The notes: generated from the letters alone by a model not told the origin. Positions 41,160 to 55,368 are shown, counted from the first letter of the stretch. The stretch: 64,000 nucleotides of DNA from Eledone cirrhosa (GCA_964016885.1 OZ024743.1:69564001-69628000), one strand, 5' to 3'. Numbers and translations are program-made.

Positions 41160-42683
41160 CTTCATGGATGATCTTAAGCTCTTCGGGAAGAATGGGAAGG
41201 AGTTGGATGTGCTTGTTGACACTGTCCGTATTTTCAGCAATGATATATGTATGAAATTTGGTATTAGTAAGTGTGGAGTGCTTGTGATGAAGAAGGGTAA
41301 ATTGAGCAGAAGTAACGGAATCCGGATACCAACAGGTGAGATAATAAAGGAAATTGACACTGAAGAATGATACAAGTATTTGGGTATTCTGGTGGCTGAT
41401 GACATCAAGAACATAAAAATGAAACAATTGATAAGATTTGAATACATTCGGAGAGTAAGGAGTGTATTAAAGTCACATCTGAACAGTAGGAATGCCATAA
41501 GTGCAGTAAATTCCCGAGCTGTGTTTATTATTGGGTACAGTGCCGGAATTCTTAGATGGAATGTTGCTGAACAAAAAGAGATGGATAGGAAGACTAGGAA
41601 GCTATTGACTATCTACAACATGTTCCACAAGAGGAGTGATGTGGATAGACTCTACTTAAGGAGATCTGAAGGTGGAAGAGGTCTTATCAGCTTAGAGGAC
41701 TGTGTTCAGATGGAACTAAACAACCTACACAAATACGTGACTGATAGTAAGGAGCCAATGCTCAGAATTGTACTGAAGGAGAGGACAATAAACCAGGGGA
41801 TGTTGAAGGAGCAAATAACAACGAGGAGAAAGAGCAACCTTCATGAAAAATCCCTTCATAGTACCTTCTTTGAGAAAACTGAATTCAGAGATCCACAGAC
41901 ATGGAACTGGTTGAAAAGAGGAGACATTAAAAAGGCTACAGAAGGAATTCTAATGGCTGCGCAAGAGCAGGCCCTCAAAACGAAGTGGCTGAAACACCAT
42001 ATTTACAAGGAGGAGGCTAGCCCACTGTGTAGGATGTGTGGAGAGAGAGAGGGGACTGTGGCTCACATTGTATCCGAGTGTAAACACCTAGCCCAGACTC
42101 ACTATAAGGGCTGGAGACATGATGTGATGGGCAGGGTGATCCACTGGCACATATGCAAAGTAAACAATTTACCACATTCTGAGAAGTGGTATGAGCATAA
42201 GCCAGAGTCGGTGATAGAAAACGATCAGGTGAAGGTGCTGTGGGATTTTAGGATACAGACGGACAAGAAACTGGAACACAATACACCTGACCTGGTGGTT
42301 TTGGACAAAGGAAAAAAGATCGTGCCTGATTGTGGATGTGGCCTGCCCATTCGACACGAAAGTGCAAGAGAAGGAGAGGGAGAAAATTAACCGATACCAG
42401 GACTTAAAGTGGGAGGTAAAAAGAATTTGGAACTGCCATGATGTCAAAGTGGTCCCGATTGTCATAGGCGCACTAGGTACTATCTCAAAACGTTTCCAGG
42501 GATGGTTAAAGAAAATTGGGCCCGCCCCGCTTTTTGGAACGCTTCAAAAGGCATGCTTGCTGGGAACAGCAAGAACCCTCCGATACGTCCTGAATATCTG
42601 AGGCTGCAGGTAGTGGCTTGATATTCATTTCAACAAACTTTCCAGTTAACTAACATCAATGACTGAGACTCAGAGAACAATAA

Positions 42684-42712
<29 letters not shown>
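40982..42712 (+). mobile_element. 5'-truncated R4/Dong-like (RLE) non-LTR retrotransposon
   Basis: RT IFQGDSLSPLLF, LLFMDDLKL; GGRGL; zinc knuckle CRMC..HIVSEC; RHD; RLE PDLVV..DVACP..KEREK; (AAT)n tail. One stop at 41368-41370 and one frameshift at ~42315. Confidence 0.9.
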
Positions 42713-42715
<3 letters not shown>

Positions 42716-43104
42716 ATTTCTTTATTGGCCACAAGGGCTGACATCAAGAAAAACATTACAGACGGCACAGGACGGTACGATGTGGGTTTTGTGCGTGTAA
42801 AGATTTTGTATTATTTATATAAGAAAAGAAAAAAAGACATAGAAACATATATATATAAACAATAAATTTGAAAATTGAAACAATGAAAAACAATTGAAAC
42901 AATGAAAAATTCCCCAATAGGGGGGACACCTCCGAGAGTTGCTCGTGGCGAAAAACACACCCTGACCACCAGGGCAAGCGCCCTCTCTCACTTTTCCCAC
43001 TCCTCAGTCTACAGGCGTACACTCAGAGCGGGCCCGTTCACTCGGACCAGACTCGCCACTTTCACCCACCTTTCAACAAACTTACTAGAAGACAGCACTT
43101 GCCT
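42713..43104 (-). mobile_element. Second Tx1-family 3' end fragment
   Basis: Aligns to 36541-36941 with substitutions and indels. Confidence 0.88.
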
Positions 43105-43767
43105 TGGTCTTGCTGTTCGTGCCGAGATCGCTGTTACTGGTATTGATGTCATTGTTGTTGTTTTCGTTGATACTGTTGCTGTTGTTACTGTTATTGGGGC
43201 TGTTATTATTGTTGTTGTTTATTTTATACGGTTCCCACTATTATTGTTGTCGTGGCTGTTGTTATTGTCATTCTTATTGTCTTTCTCGACCTTACCGTTG
43301 TTATTTTTATGTTGCTGTTGTTATTGATGGTGTTGTTGTTGGTGTTATTGTTGGTGTTGTTTGTGTTAGTAATATTTGGAAATTTTAAATCTTTAAAAAT
43401 GATATTGTTCCTCTTCCATCCTAATATTTTGTTTAATAATTACCTTCGCTAGAACGCTGTCTTCTTGACATGTTGACAAAGTCCTCCTCTCTCTGCGTTG
43501 TCTGACAGTGCGCTCTCTCTCTCTCTTTCTTGTGTTATCCATGTTGAAAGAAATTTGGTTTCAAAAGAATTTTTACAGCACCCCATAAAGGGGTGCCGTA
43601 TTATTTATGAGTGAACCCCTGTATTAGGTGGATCACTTCTTCTAAACTTTTATCAAGTTTAAAACTTGAATAAAAGGTTTAGAACGGTTGAAAACTAGGT
43701 AAACTGTTGAAAACTAGGTAAACTGTTGAAAAAAAACTGGAGCCGATAAGAAGCGTGGCTTCACCTT

Positions 43768-43951
43768 CAATAATAATAATAATTGTTTCTACTTTTGGCA
43801 CAAGGGCAACAATTACACAGTACATTACTGGTACTTTATCTTATCGACCCCGTAAGGATGAAAGGCAAAGTTAACCTCGGCGGGATTTGAACTCAGTCCA
43901 TAAAGGGACGTAACTGTGCTGTAAAGCATGGCGTCCGACCTTCTACCGATT
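43768..43951 (-). mobile_element. SINE family A
   Basis: Reverse-complement copy with (AAT)n. Confidence 0.88.
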
Positions 43952-44172
43952 AATAATGATAATTGTCCTGATAGCAAGAAGAAATATCTAAGAGTGAAGA
44001 CCTAATTAGGTCTATCGGTACACCTAACTCATATTGATAAGAAGACAGCTGCTGACAGATAGTGAAATGGGGGAATTGAAGGTAGTTAATATAAGGTGGA
44101 ATGTTCGTACTCAATAAATAGGTTTAGTGTCTTGGATTCGATGTCCTGTTTGACATGATTTATTTACATAAA

Positions 44173-44278
44173 CAATAATTGTTTCTTCTTTTGGCACAAG
44201 GCCAGCAATGAACCTGTGTATTACTGGTACTTCATTTTATCGACCCCGTAAGGATGAAAGGCAAAGTTAACCTCGGCG
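44173..44278 (-). mobile_element. SINE family A, 3' half
   Basis: Core and tail only. Confidence 0.82.
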
Positions 44279-44423
44279 TTACATTAACAGTAATGTTGTA
44301 AACATATTCATAGTTCATATTTACTTACCTAAATATCTAGGAGGTACACACACACACACACACACTCTCTCTCTCTCTCCCTCTCTCCCTCTCTCCCTCT
44401 CTCCCTCTCTCCCTCTCTCTCTC

Positions 44424-44590
44424 GATTTCGATAACTTTTCTTATTAAGTATTCTCCACTTTTCGGCTCCATATTATATATATATATATATATATAGGATA
44501 TATATATAGGATATATATATATATATAGTATATATATATAATATGGAGCCGAAAAGTAGTTAATACTTAATAAAAAAAGTTATCGAAATC
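44424..44590. repeat. Inverted repeat centred on a TA microsatellite
   Basis: GATTTCGATAAC...CTTTTCGGCTCCATATTATA / TATAATATGGAGCCGAAAAG...GTTATCGAAATC. Confidence 0.85.
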
Positions 44591-44923
44591 CTTGTTGTTA
44601 TTGTTATTATCAGTATTATTATTAAGAGAAATGCTACATAAAAACTGGTGACGGATTCACAGCCTTATCAACAAGTCATATGGAATTTATCTTAAACTTT
44701 CTGTGGATTCACACTGTCGATGCACTTATAATCTTAACACTAAAAAACAGAAACACACATATAGACACACAAACACATATATACAGAGAGGGATTCATGC
44801 ACATATACACTCACACACACATGCATACACACATACACATATCCTACAAACGCAATAACACATATATATTATTCATGTTATGTAACTTTATAGATATTTG
44901 TATATGAATACCCATATAACTAT

Positions 44924-44999
<76 letters not shown>

Positions 45000-45044
45000 A
45001 TATGGAAAACGAAGAACCAGTGTTGCATCGGAACACAATTTATT

Positions 45045-45137
45045 ACGTATTACAATTGTTTCTCCGACGAACAGCTGGAGGTGCGATCTGTTTGTGGAGC
45101 AAACCTGACTCTGCATTCGCAACTTCTTCAGATACAT
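45045..45137 (-). ncRNA. Type I hammerhead motif in an inverted-repeat element (arms ~44997-45112 and ~45334-45450)
   Basis: Minus strand ATGTAT-CTGAAGA-(imperfect stem II GCGAA/TTCGT)-GAAA-CAATTG-TA-ATACGT. Confidence 0.62.
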
Positions 45138-45513
45138 CTAGTGATTTCGAAGCAAATCCTCTTCCTGCTGGACTCTGACTCTTCGAATTTCTAACATCTG
45201 CCATCATCCTGTTTGCGCGGCACTTCGATTGGTTGATAGTTCGCGACGTCATCTTTTTGCTCGACGATTTAAATCTGCCTACTGACCATTTCCAATCAGG
45301 TGTGAGCAGTCACTTATCCTAATCCCGTGAATCCAGAGTCAGGTTCGATCCACAAACAGATCGCACCTCGAGCTGTTCGCCGGAGAAACAATTGTATTAC
45401 GTAATAAATTGTGTTCCGATGCAACACTGATTCTTCGTTTTCCATATTATCTTTCCGTAGGAGCATAGAGTGCTCAACCGGCATACAGCCTATGGACGCA
45501 TCCAAGTAACCTT

Positions 45514-45552
<39 letters not shown>

Positions 45553-45570
45553 AACAATACAATATAATTA

Positions 45571-45638
45571 CCTCATTACCAGAGGTTTCCCGAATAAGAC
45601 GAATACAAGAAACTTCCTCATTCATTCGTCAGACAAGG
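45571..45638 (-). ncRNA. Type I hammerhead motif
   Basis: Minus strand CCTTGT-CTGACGA-atGAATGAG...CTTATTCgg-GAAA-CC tct GG-TA-ATGAGG, located between (TA)n tracts. Confidence 0.62.
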
Positions 45639-45701
45639 CAATTTAAAACAGTGAGCTATTTGAAATATATTGTGGTTCCTTACCACATCTCCTTCGTTAT
45701 T

Positions 45702-45777
<76 letters not shown>

Positions 45778-45784
<7 letters not shown>

Positions 45785-46432
45785 ATACTTTGGGAGGGTC
45801 ATGTTGCCAATAAGAAACACACGCACCAGTCGTTTGACTCCAATTTATTATAAATTAAATTGATAAATTTAAGAATTTATACATTTCCGGTTCGTTGGTT
45901 GGTTCCGTAACCGGACGGTTGTTCATATATTGTCAAACTTCTTTCGTCACACATTCTGTGACCTCTTCAGTGACTGGGGATTCTTTTTTTGTTTTGTGCC
46001 TGTCCTTTGTTCTGTCCTACGCCATCTTGTTATTTGTGTGTGTTGTGTGCTTAGTTTGCGCATGTGTTACAACCAACTAGTAACATGTAAATAAACAAAT
46101 AAATAAATACAAATAAAAAAACACACAGACACCCGGATGTAACAAATGCGCAAACTAAGCACACAACACAAACAAAACAAGATGGCGTAGGACAGAACAA
46201 AGGAGAGGCACAAAACAAAGAAAAGAATCCCCAGTCACTGAAGAGGTCACAGAATGTGTGACGAAATAACTTTGACAATATATGAACAACCGTCCGGTTA
46301 TGGAACCAACCAACCAGCCGGTAATTTATAAATTCTTAAATTTATAAATTTAATTTATAATAAATTGGAGTGAAAGCAACTGGTGCGTGTGTTTCTTATT
46401 GGCAATATGACCCTCCCAAAGCATAACAATAT
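45778..46432. mobile_element. Inverted Penelope pLTR-like repeat pair with minimal hammerhead in each arm
   Basis: Arms 45778-46074 and 46135-46432. Motif GTCA-CTGAAGA-gGTCACA gaatg TGTGAC-GAAA-NAAN-TT-TGAC at 46234-46276 (+) and 45932-45974 (-). Relatives at ~4070-4160 and ~63015-63260. Confidence 0.75.
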
Positions 46433-47786
46433 CGGTTTCAACACACGTTTTCAGATAAAGAATCTTGCTAAACAAATTCAGAAACGAAATATATATATAT
46501 ATATATAGTAATAATAATAATAAATTTGAAGACTAAAATCCAAAGAAGATCCCGTTAAGGGTGAAATACCGATTCTTTGCTTAAACTTTAATCTGTTATT
46601 TTAATATATATATATATATATATTATATACCAGCAGAGTTGTCCGGTAATTCTCGGATATTTTTGTGAAAGTAACGATATATTTTGGCACATATTACAAA
46701 ATATTTGAGCAACCAAATAATATTACTATGTTTTCATTGAAGTAGGAATACAAATCAAAATACAAATACATCAGAAATACAAATCAAAATACTTGAAGGC
46801 TATTCTGAAAACCATAAAGGAAATTATATTCGGGGAGAGTCATGTTGTCCTGACATCGCCACTTTAGTTATAATAATATACATAATATAGTTAACATTGG
46901 CTCATGAATGAACTAATATGAAGCATTTACTTATTGATTTCTGTAATTCAGGAAAGTGTATTTAGATGTTTACATTGTAGTTTTCACCAACCTTTGCCTA
47001 AAAGACAGTAGAGTCGTGTTTGAGGGAGATTCGTTCTTTATTACTTTCACGTACACCAATAATTATAGTGGTTCCAACGTCGTACTTACAACCACGCACA
47101 CACACGCACTCATACACACAAACACATACACGCACATGTATGTATGTCATGTGTGTGTAAGACAGTCGGCTGTGATTTGAGAGGGATTTTACTGATATCT
47201 CTAGGAGATCGAGTTATCACATAGAACATTTCCGTTTTGATCCATATATTATACATACATGAGACAGTAGGGAGTGAGGTGAAGGAAATATTGCTAATTC
47301 TAACAAGTCTATTTACCACAAAAAGATCTCATTTAAACTGCTTAATATAGCAGAGGTACCCGTGGATGCCTGCATATTCTCCCACAGTAAAACTATGCAG
47401 TTCAGTTAGGACTTCAGAATTCCTTACAACCTACATGACTAAAGAAATAGGTTATATGTCTATTGTCATTGAAGAAGGATTACGATACTGTCTTGCTCAT
47501 AGACATTTCCATTTCAAAAGCTCTAGATAAACAATATTCTTGGTTTCACAGTATGGTGCTACAATGAAGAGACAATAAGGATTTCCAATATATGTAGTAT
47601 CAACATAAAGTTGACTGTCTGAAATGACAGGATCTGTGGGCTTCAACCCAATGACTTCAAATGATTGCTTTTGAGATTTATTGATGGTCATGACAAAACT
47701 GAGTCTGATAGGAAATTGATACCTTTGAAACTCAAAAGTATTCCGGAAGTGAAACAATTGTCACCCGCAAGATTGTATGGTATTAT

Positions 47787-47979
47787 TGGGTGGTGTATTG
47801 GCAGTATTGGTAGAAGGTTGGACGCCATGCTTTTTAACATAGTTACATCCCTTTACGGTCTGAGTTCAAATCCCGTCGAGGTTAACTTTACCTTTCATCC
47901 TTACGGGGTCGATAAAATAAAGTACCAGTAATACACTGGCGTAATTTCTGGCCTTGTGCCAAAAGTAGAAACAATTATT
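47787..47979 (+). mobile_element. SINE family A nested in the Helitron
   Basis: Full copy interrupting helicase sequence at an ATT. Confidence 0.88.
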
Positions 47980-48379
47980 GCAGTTTCTAGGACATGGGGC
48001 ATAATATTTTTGATGATGAGTGTTCTGCCATTGCAAAGATTTGGAATATCTAGATAATGAAGTTACATATCCGATGTTTCAGCCTTCAGAATCATGTTGT
48101 GTGGAAGATTTCCTGTCCGTTCAATACTGTTCAAAAATTCAGTTGGATAGTTAACAATCTGGTCTTGGGAAGTGATTCTGTCAACTGAGTAGTAGTAGTA
48201 TCCTTTCTCTCTAGGTGATATCTCCAGCGGGCTTCTGTTGATTTCTTTCAAAGCAACATTTTCGGTGCTAAAATTGCTCGATCACAGATTCATTTGGGAT
48301 CACAGTGTCTGTTTTGAATATTTACCAGAACGGATTGTCAGAATCTTTCAGATTCTCGCAATCCGCTCTTGTTCCATTT

Positions 48380-48568
48380 TAATAATGGTTTCTACTTTTG
48401 ACACAAGGCCAGCAATTATCCCAGTGTATTACTGGTACTTTATTTTATAGATCTTGTAAGGATGAAAGGCAAAGTTAAACTCGGCGGGATTTGAACTCAA
48501 ACCATAAAGGGCCGTAACCTTTTGCTGCAAAGCATGGCGCCCGACCCTCTACCGATACTGCCAATCCC
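48380..48568 (-). mobile_element. SINE family A nested in the Helitron
   Basis: Full reverse copy. TTTTAAT on both sides is a possible TSD. Confidence 0.88.
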
Positions 48569-50389
48569 GTTTTAATGATATGGCCAAATGACAACCGAAT
48601 TTAGCATTTGGAGTATTTTCAAGAAGGGCATTTCAAAAATTGAGTAGCTGAAGGTCAAATTTACCGACACATTTATCAAAAGTCAAGTGCAAGCATTGCC
48701 CTGATAAACTCGAGACCCTCGAGAAAGTACAGGCATTTGTCTGAAATCTCCTGCAAGAATCATTGTCACTCTTCCCATTATGCAAGCATTATATTTCAGA
48801 TCCCTCATAGCCCAGTTCAACGCTTCAGCTGCTCGTATAAGGTTCATGGTTGCTTCATCGCACATTATCATCTTGCATGTTTGCTAGAGCTTACACTATA
48901 TTGGCCATGCCGTGTGAGGTATATGGAGAGTAAAATTTAGCAGAAAAAGCACTATGAGGAATGTCTTCCCTGTGTCAACAAGAGTATCGGCGGGGAAAGC
49001 TCAACCCTTGTAATTTTCAATGTTTTTTCCATTATGTTGTAGTAGGCATATTTCTGGTCATTCACCGATCGAAGTTCATTCTAATCCACAAACTTACGCA
49101 ATGCTTCAATATCGTATTTTTATCCAGAAAATGTCTTGCGGTCCTTCCATTCCTTTATCTGGCTCTGGAATCCCACAGTTAGCTAATGTGCTATTAATTT
49201 CCTGAACACTATGGGAGAGGTCGCAGAGGACTTGATTGTAAATTCTGGGTGGTGGATATTCCATATATGTATTGTGCATAGGTGTATATAGTCGTGTGAC
49301 ATATTGTTTTTGTACCCCTGCCAGAATAAAGCTTCATCAATTATACAGGTTGTGACCATAGTAGCAAACGACTGTCTTGACTGACTACTCGAATGATTGC
49401 TGAATCCTCGAGAGTCTTCTTTGAATGTCCATTGTCATTCAGGCGTCATGTTATTTACATGCTTCTTGATATGTTGTGCACAGCCTTCCTCCCAGCACTT
49501 CAGATCCCCAAAAGATGTTCGTCCTTGAAAGGTATGCAAAATTAACTGTAAATGAAAAAACATTCTCTGTTGTTAAGGTGATTGTAAACACGCCGAATAG
49601 CATCAGTCATCTTGACTGCAAGATCTTACACTAAAAGACCCTTCCTCCTTCGATTCCATTTCTTGATTTTCGTCTTAATCTAGTATGTTGAAATATCAGC
49701 TTATAAGTGGGATCAACCGAATTCATCATTCAGTCAGAGTTTAATAAAGAGCAGATAGAATTGCGTCAAGTTCTCTTTGTACCAAATGCTGAAGAGTGGA
49801 CTCGGTGAATCACACTCTCTATACATTTTTCAGATAGACTGCTAGTTTGAACACTGTTGGGTGGCGTTTTTGGATATCAAATCCAATAGACAATTTATAG
49901 TCATAAGATTAAGCCCACATGTTAACTGTAAAACTAGAAACTTAGTATTTAGCAGAAAATGCACGGAAAGACAATGTAGGAATAGGAACACGATATAAAT
50001 AGGTGAGACAGCCCGTAGCATAGGATAAAGGATAAATAATACTGGCGAGGACTCCAAAATAAGTAAAACTCGTCAGAACACCACCAACATGCCGGAATGA
50101 AATATGGGAGCTCCCTAGGGAACATCAAGATAAAATTATATCTACACACAAGGCTGACGCAATGCCCCGACAGATTATTGAAGCAACAAACATAAACGAA
50201 CTCTAAACGAAACTAAATAGAAAGCACGAGCAGAATAGCATAGTAACTAAGGACAATATAAGACACATAATAACTAAAGTAATAATATAATCCAGACTCA
50301 AACAGGCAGAACAAGTAAACACCGAATGACAAGTAGGAAAGACAGAAAATAAATAAATATATAAATGTATAAATAAACAAATACTCATA

Positions 50390-51000
50390 CTGTGGCAGGT
50401 CATTGGAAAATTGTGGAAGTATTTCCAAAAGGTGTATTCTTGTTTCGTAAGCCATAAAAAGGCATGTAAGCACATTCCGCGTGACCTGTTGTATAAGGTT
50501 CTCCAGGATTGTGCAATCGATGGACAGCTTCTTGTTGCCCTGATGCCTCTATACGAGTTCCCTAGTATTTGTTTTCGGATAAATGAAGCTGAATTGAAAC
50601 AATTCAATGTGAGTGTGTGACCTCGCCCTATGTGCGTACTCTCACCTCTCCCATTCATAGGATTGACATGAGCAGCCGTGCTGGAAGTTGTATCGAGAGT
50701 GGTACGTGTAGGATCAATCGATCGATATTTCGGGGTGACATGGTACCTATTTGCTCTTCAGAAGGTGATCTCCGACATGTAATTAGTAGGTTTGCTCTGG
50801 AGTGCTGCATGACAGGAAGGAAATTCAGTGCTGCGAAGACATAGACATTCGTCTTCTGAAGGGAACTTGTGAAGCCCATTATACATGTCACTGCAGTTCC
50901 ACTGAAGCAGATGGAGAAGTTAAAATATCTCGAAGCCGTGTTAAAGTGATAGATAGTTGGAAGCTGATTACAGTGCAAGAATTGCAGGAGCTGGTTCAGT
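50390..51000 (+). mobile_element. Decayed RTE-clade RT fragment
   Basis: KVYSCFVSHKKACKHIPRDLLYKVL..IDGQLLVALMPLYE and LKQMEKLKYL; same family as 10398-11415. Confidence 0.75.
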
Positions 51001-53935
51001 AATGATAAATATTATTTCTTAATACGTGAAACTGCAGGTAGCGAGATGATGTGAGTGAAACCTTCTAATGTAAATGTGTCTAACGTTTTGGTATTAGTTA
51101 AAATTCTCTGATGCTTTTCATTCAGATATCCAAGAGTTTCAAATATCTTTCTGTCTGAAATTTCCTACATCTTAATTGATAGACGGCCATAATGTGTGCT
51201 ATTTCTAGCGTTACTTCGAACCTGTTGTATTGTCCTGATACACACACACATTCGTTTGATAGGCAAAAGATGCAGGAGTTATTCAAAACACAAGTTTCAT
51301 ATGCTATCTAGTGACTCTATATGAAAAGAATCACTCTGATGATGGAATTTCTTCCCATATTGGTCATAATTTATTTGGATAATTAATATTGTTTTTTTAA
51401 TTCCAGATATTGCAGTGAGAGAGGCAATATCAGCGAAACTTTCTAATATAGTTTGTCTCGTTTGTATTCCCCAATAACTGTTTTGGTATTAGTAAAACTA
51501 AGGTTTACATGCTTCTCTGATTCTTTTCATTGAGATGTTCAAGTATATTAGTGACTGCCTAAAATTTATTTAGGAGTTTGTGTTTATATGTTGAGGTAAA
51601 AGGCGTTACTTCTATTTAATATAATTCTATTATTATTTCATGTTATAGTTAGAAGAAAATTCATTGGTGTTTATACAATATACATATAAAAGAGAGTGGG
51701 AAGTAGGAAACAAAGCGAAATTAATTCAGAGGCCGCGGTAAGTTGTTCGCGTAAATAGATATATATTATGTAGAAAACATACGTAGTTATCACAAATATT
51801 AGTCGGGTTTGAAGATCAAATAAATTTGGAGAACCGAAGTAAATTACATTCTATTCTGTTAGTAGTTATAACCATTTGAAATTTCGATTTCACTCGGCAA
51901 ACTCAAACCAGTGGAGCGTTGTCGTTGAATTTGGCCGTGTTTTTCCTTAATGTAAGCAGTTAAAAGTTTTCCCTGAGTTACAGTTTGTCAAATTTTAATT
52001 AAATTACCCAATGAATATATAATTGGTGCTGTTCCTTTAGAAATGTGTTGACAGAGCTAACATATTAATAGTAGAGGTGTATATACATGCAAATACACAC
52101 TCACATATATATACACGCATATACGAGAAAAACCACAAACCCTCCATCTCAACTCTACTTTTGAAAAGCAGAAGAACTGCGAAACCGGTAAAGTAACCAA
52201 ATAAATATATTTAAAAAAAAAAAGACTCCAGTTACATTTTCGATTTCATCTTTTTTCCTCATGCTTTCACTCGTGTAGGACACCTCGCTTTTTTTTTCAT
52301 TTCGTAAAAAAACCTCACTTTCTAATATATATATTCATACAAACAGAGATACACTAATATGTATATATGCCTATAGACAGACATATGTATATATGTATAT
52401 AGGTTAATATTGTCAACACCCATCATGGAAAATATGCTCTTTGCACTATTTCAGGAATGTTGACATCAAACGGAACACCCACACGTATTAACATACATAA
52501 ATATGTAACTCTGTATTTATTTGTAAATATTATGTCTGTGTGTATTCGTAAACATATTTATATCAGTGTGAACTCGCAATATTAAAGATAGCACATTTGA
52601 CTTGTTACATATGTTAGTGAACATGGTGATAGATAGAACCTGTGGAGATTGATAGGTAGATAGATACATAGAATCAGAATATTGTTGCTGAATATACCCT
52701 TCATCAGTTATCTGCAAGAGATGTCATCATTTTTAGAACATTCTAATTGCATCGGTCCCTCTAGTTCCATAAACAGAATTGATGTTACAACTACATATCA
52801 TGATCCTTTGGCTCCCCACTGTAACACACATTGTCCTTTTATGACCAATCAGCTTCATTGATAATTTAGATGAAGCTGCGAATGCCAGCCCCCTTAAATA
52901 AGTAAACGCCAGCCTTATAGGAACTATGCAGTTGTTACCGTCACTAAGAATTACTTTGTTGCTTCTACCTCGAGTCTTTCTCTTAAATTCTTCTGTCATA
53001 TCGCCATTTTCCTTTCTATGTACACTGCTATTGAGAACAACGTCAGAGATTGAACAGAGGAAATGTACTCTCTCAGTTGAGAATAAAACAAGCAGTAAAT
53101 ATATTTGACGTACTGACTTCTACATATGTTCATTTATCGCTGAAAATGAAATATACAGAACCATATGAGCCGGCAATATAACATACTCTATGAGTTACAA
53201 TGGGGAGCAAATTGAACTTATTTTATATCTTCATATTTTCTGTTTATGCATGTCAATGAGTTGCAAATTGAGTTTCAAGGGATCACTGCTCTTTGGTGGT
53301 CTGTGGCATTCCATGAAATATCTACATGGAGTTGGTGTAAATGTATACAAGAAGTATATCAGTATATAGCTGTCCAGGATCACAGACGAGCTTAATAAAT
53401 CCAAAGGAGAACATAGATGTCTAACTCACGTCGCCATCGTTGTCCCACTAATGAAGGATGGCCATAGAAAATATAGCAATAATTGAGGTGCCTCCATATG
53501 AACTGGAAAATGTGAAATAGGATGTACCACTTAGTAAGCTTTATGCGATTGATCTGCCAGAAACAGAAATTGTAATTATATTATGTTTGAATTAATTCAA
53601 GGAAAGGTCATGGCTAGAAGGTTTTCATCATAGGCCAGATCTATACCAGAGGAAGGAACAATGGGATAAATCAAATACAATATTTTACTTGAACATATTT
53701 AATACATCTAACTCATAAAGTTGAAACATTATATTGTCCGTGGACGGAAATAAGTCGAAATTCAATTGAAACTATCTAAAAACAGTAACATATTAGCTAC
53801 CACTCCCGTCATTTTCTATCAATCCAATAGTAACAGGAAACTAACGTTATAGTGTCAAACTGAAAAAACAAACGAAAAGGAAGAAATAGTATTGATAAAC
53901 GTAAAGAATCCCTGGTGAATAAATAGGGGTTTTCC

Positions 53936-54126
53936 CCCTGACACACTGCATATCTTGGGCATGTTGATCCAGGTGGAACCCGAACCAATCCTGGTCGGAG
54001 CCCTGGCACGCTGCATAACTTGGGCATTTTTATCTAGGTGGAGCCCGAAGCAATTCTAATAGGAGCCCTGACATACTGTATATCTTGGGCATGTTGATCC
54101 AGGTGGAACCCGAACCAATCCTGGTC
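53936..54126. repeat. 65-bp tandem repeat, 3 copies (A-B-A)
   Basis: CCCTG starts at 53936, 54001 and 54066. Copies 1 and 3 are nearly identical and copy 2 is diverged. Confidence 0.9.
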
Positions 54127-54514
54127 AAACACTTTCATTTTTTTTCGGCGCCGAATAAGAAAAAACAACCCCAGTACTAGTACCATATCTTTCTACCTCG
54201 AACGTATGACGCGAAAGTTGGCATTGATGATATTTGAACTCAGAGTGAAATGAGCCAAAACAAATTCCAAGGGGTTGTCAATTCGGCTTTCTCACGATTC
54301 TGCCATTTTACCACATAATAGCATTTATTGATAATGTACTAGTAGTAACTTCACCACGGATTGTCCCTGGTTTGAGGTATGGTAGTGTGGGTACGAATTT
54401 GCTGTTTTCAACCACGTAGCTCTACGTCCAAACTTATAGAACGATACTGTAAGCAAATAACTTATTTCTGATTCTCGACATGTATGAGGAAATCTGGGGT
54501 TACATTCCTAGACA

Positions 54515-54601
<87 letters not shown>

Positions 54602-54871
54602 ATTATATATACAAAAACGTCAGAGTGTTGGATATGTGTTCCTGGTTCCTGCGTTCAAATACCGCTGTGGCTCGAGAAAAGTGTACCAACCCAGCGTTGG
54701 TATACCTTCTCTCCTTCCAGGTGCCACATCCTCATTCTAGCGTTGGATCAAGACAGGGTGGGTTGAGAGTGTGTTTGTGTCTGCTCGCGGTTGCATAGAC
54801 ATCTAAAACCCTTTGCTAAAGCATTATAAATGCTAGCAAGATATACCTGATAGTGAGGAGTTATTTTTCAC

Positions 54872-55368
<497 letters not shown>

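Larger units (their letters stand above)
47347..49780 (-). mobile_element. Decayed autonomous Helitron (PIF1-type helicase of RepHel)
   Basis: RRVY..RECF/LQLILH..GRTSF; IMCDEATM..LAGDFRQ; NYPTEFLNS..PHNMILK; LCNGRT; YQFPIRLSFVMTINKSQ..QLYV. Many lesions and two SINE insertions. Confidence 0.85.

Noticed and set aside
52680-52720. CTGATGA on the minus strand
   Set aside because: No GAAA or helix III at a suitable distance, so it was not counted as a hammerhead.
52733-53060. ORF with faint LINE-like wording (ENGDMTEEFK)
   Set aside because: No diagnostic motif; cannot be assigned by eye.
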